Below are positions 63,500 to 64,000 of a stretch of 64,000 nt of DNA, piece by piece. This DNA is from an uncultured bacterium. Its GTDB lineage: Bacteria > Planctomycetota > UBA1135 > GCA-002686595. The stretch's first letter is position 1, and each line of letters opens with the position of its first letter. The notes under the pieces were generated by a model, which did no database searches, had not been told where the DNA came from, and worked only from the letters and a program-made list of their open reading frames with translations. The translations under genes were made by a program, and so were the position numbers. The stretch covers positions 64,001-128,000 of the forward strand of contig CALSNU010000001.1 of assembly GCA_943787795.1 (NCBI GenBank), in the 5' to 3' direction.

Positions 63500-64000
<501 letters not shown>

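Overview
GC-rich bacterial chromosomal window, most likely Planctomycetota (PSCyt/DUF1549/DUF1553 + DUF1501 pair, DUF1080, Tat-exported Gfo/Idh/MocA, Planctomycete-type ECF sigma). About 50 genes: housekeeping (groES-groEL, ligA, cdd, ppiC, partial etfA, xdhC, tRNA-Val(CAC)), two small-protein/sodium:solute symporter modules, a loosely packed glycosyl-/methyltransferase accessory segment (~22.8-31 kb), an nrtR-SPFH-NAD-kinase-like operon, an isolated senB-like selenosugar synthase and several secreted proteins. Main observations: (1) three unrelated secreted proteins (S8 protease, FG-GAP propeller, unknown) end in the same ~138-aa two-Cys C-terminal domain, a candidate lineage-specific sorting/anchoring module; (2) a sigma-54 promoter with two palindromic CTG(C/T)CA-N3-TGGCAG boxes precedes a stand-alone receiver gene and groES-groEL; (3) a perfect 18-bp palindrome covers the likely leaderless nrtR start; (4) four +1 frameshifts in three genes all fall in a 5'-AGGG context, probably sequencing error; (5) many short degenerate tandem repeats. 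No CRISPR array, integrase, transposase or rRNA was seen. All family assignments come from motif recognition by eye; no database searches were run.
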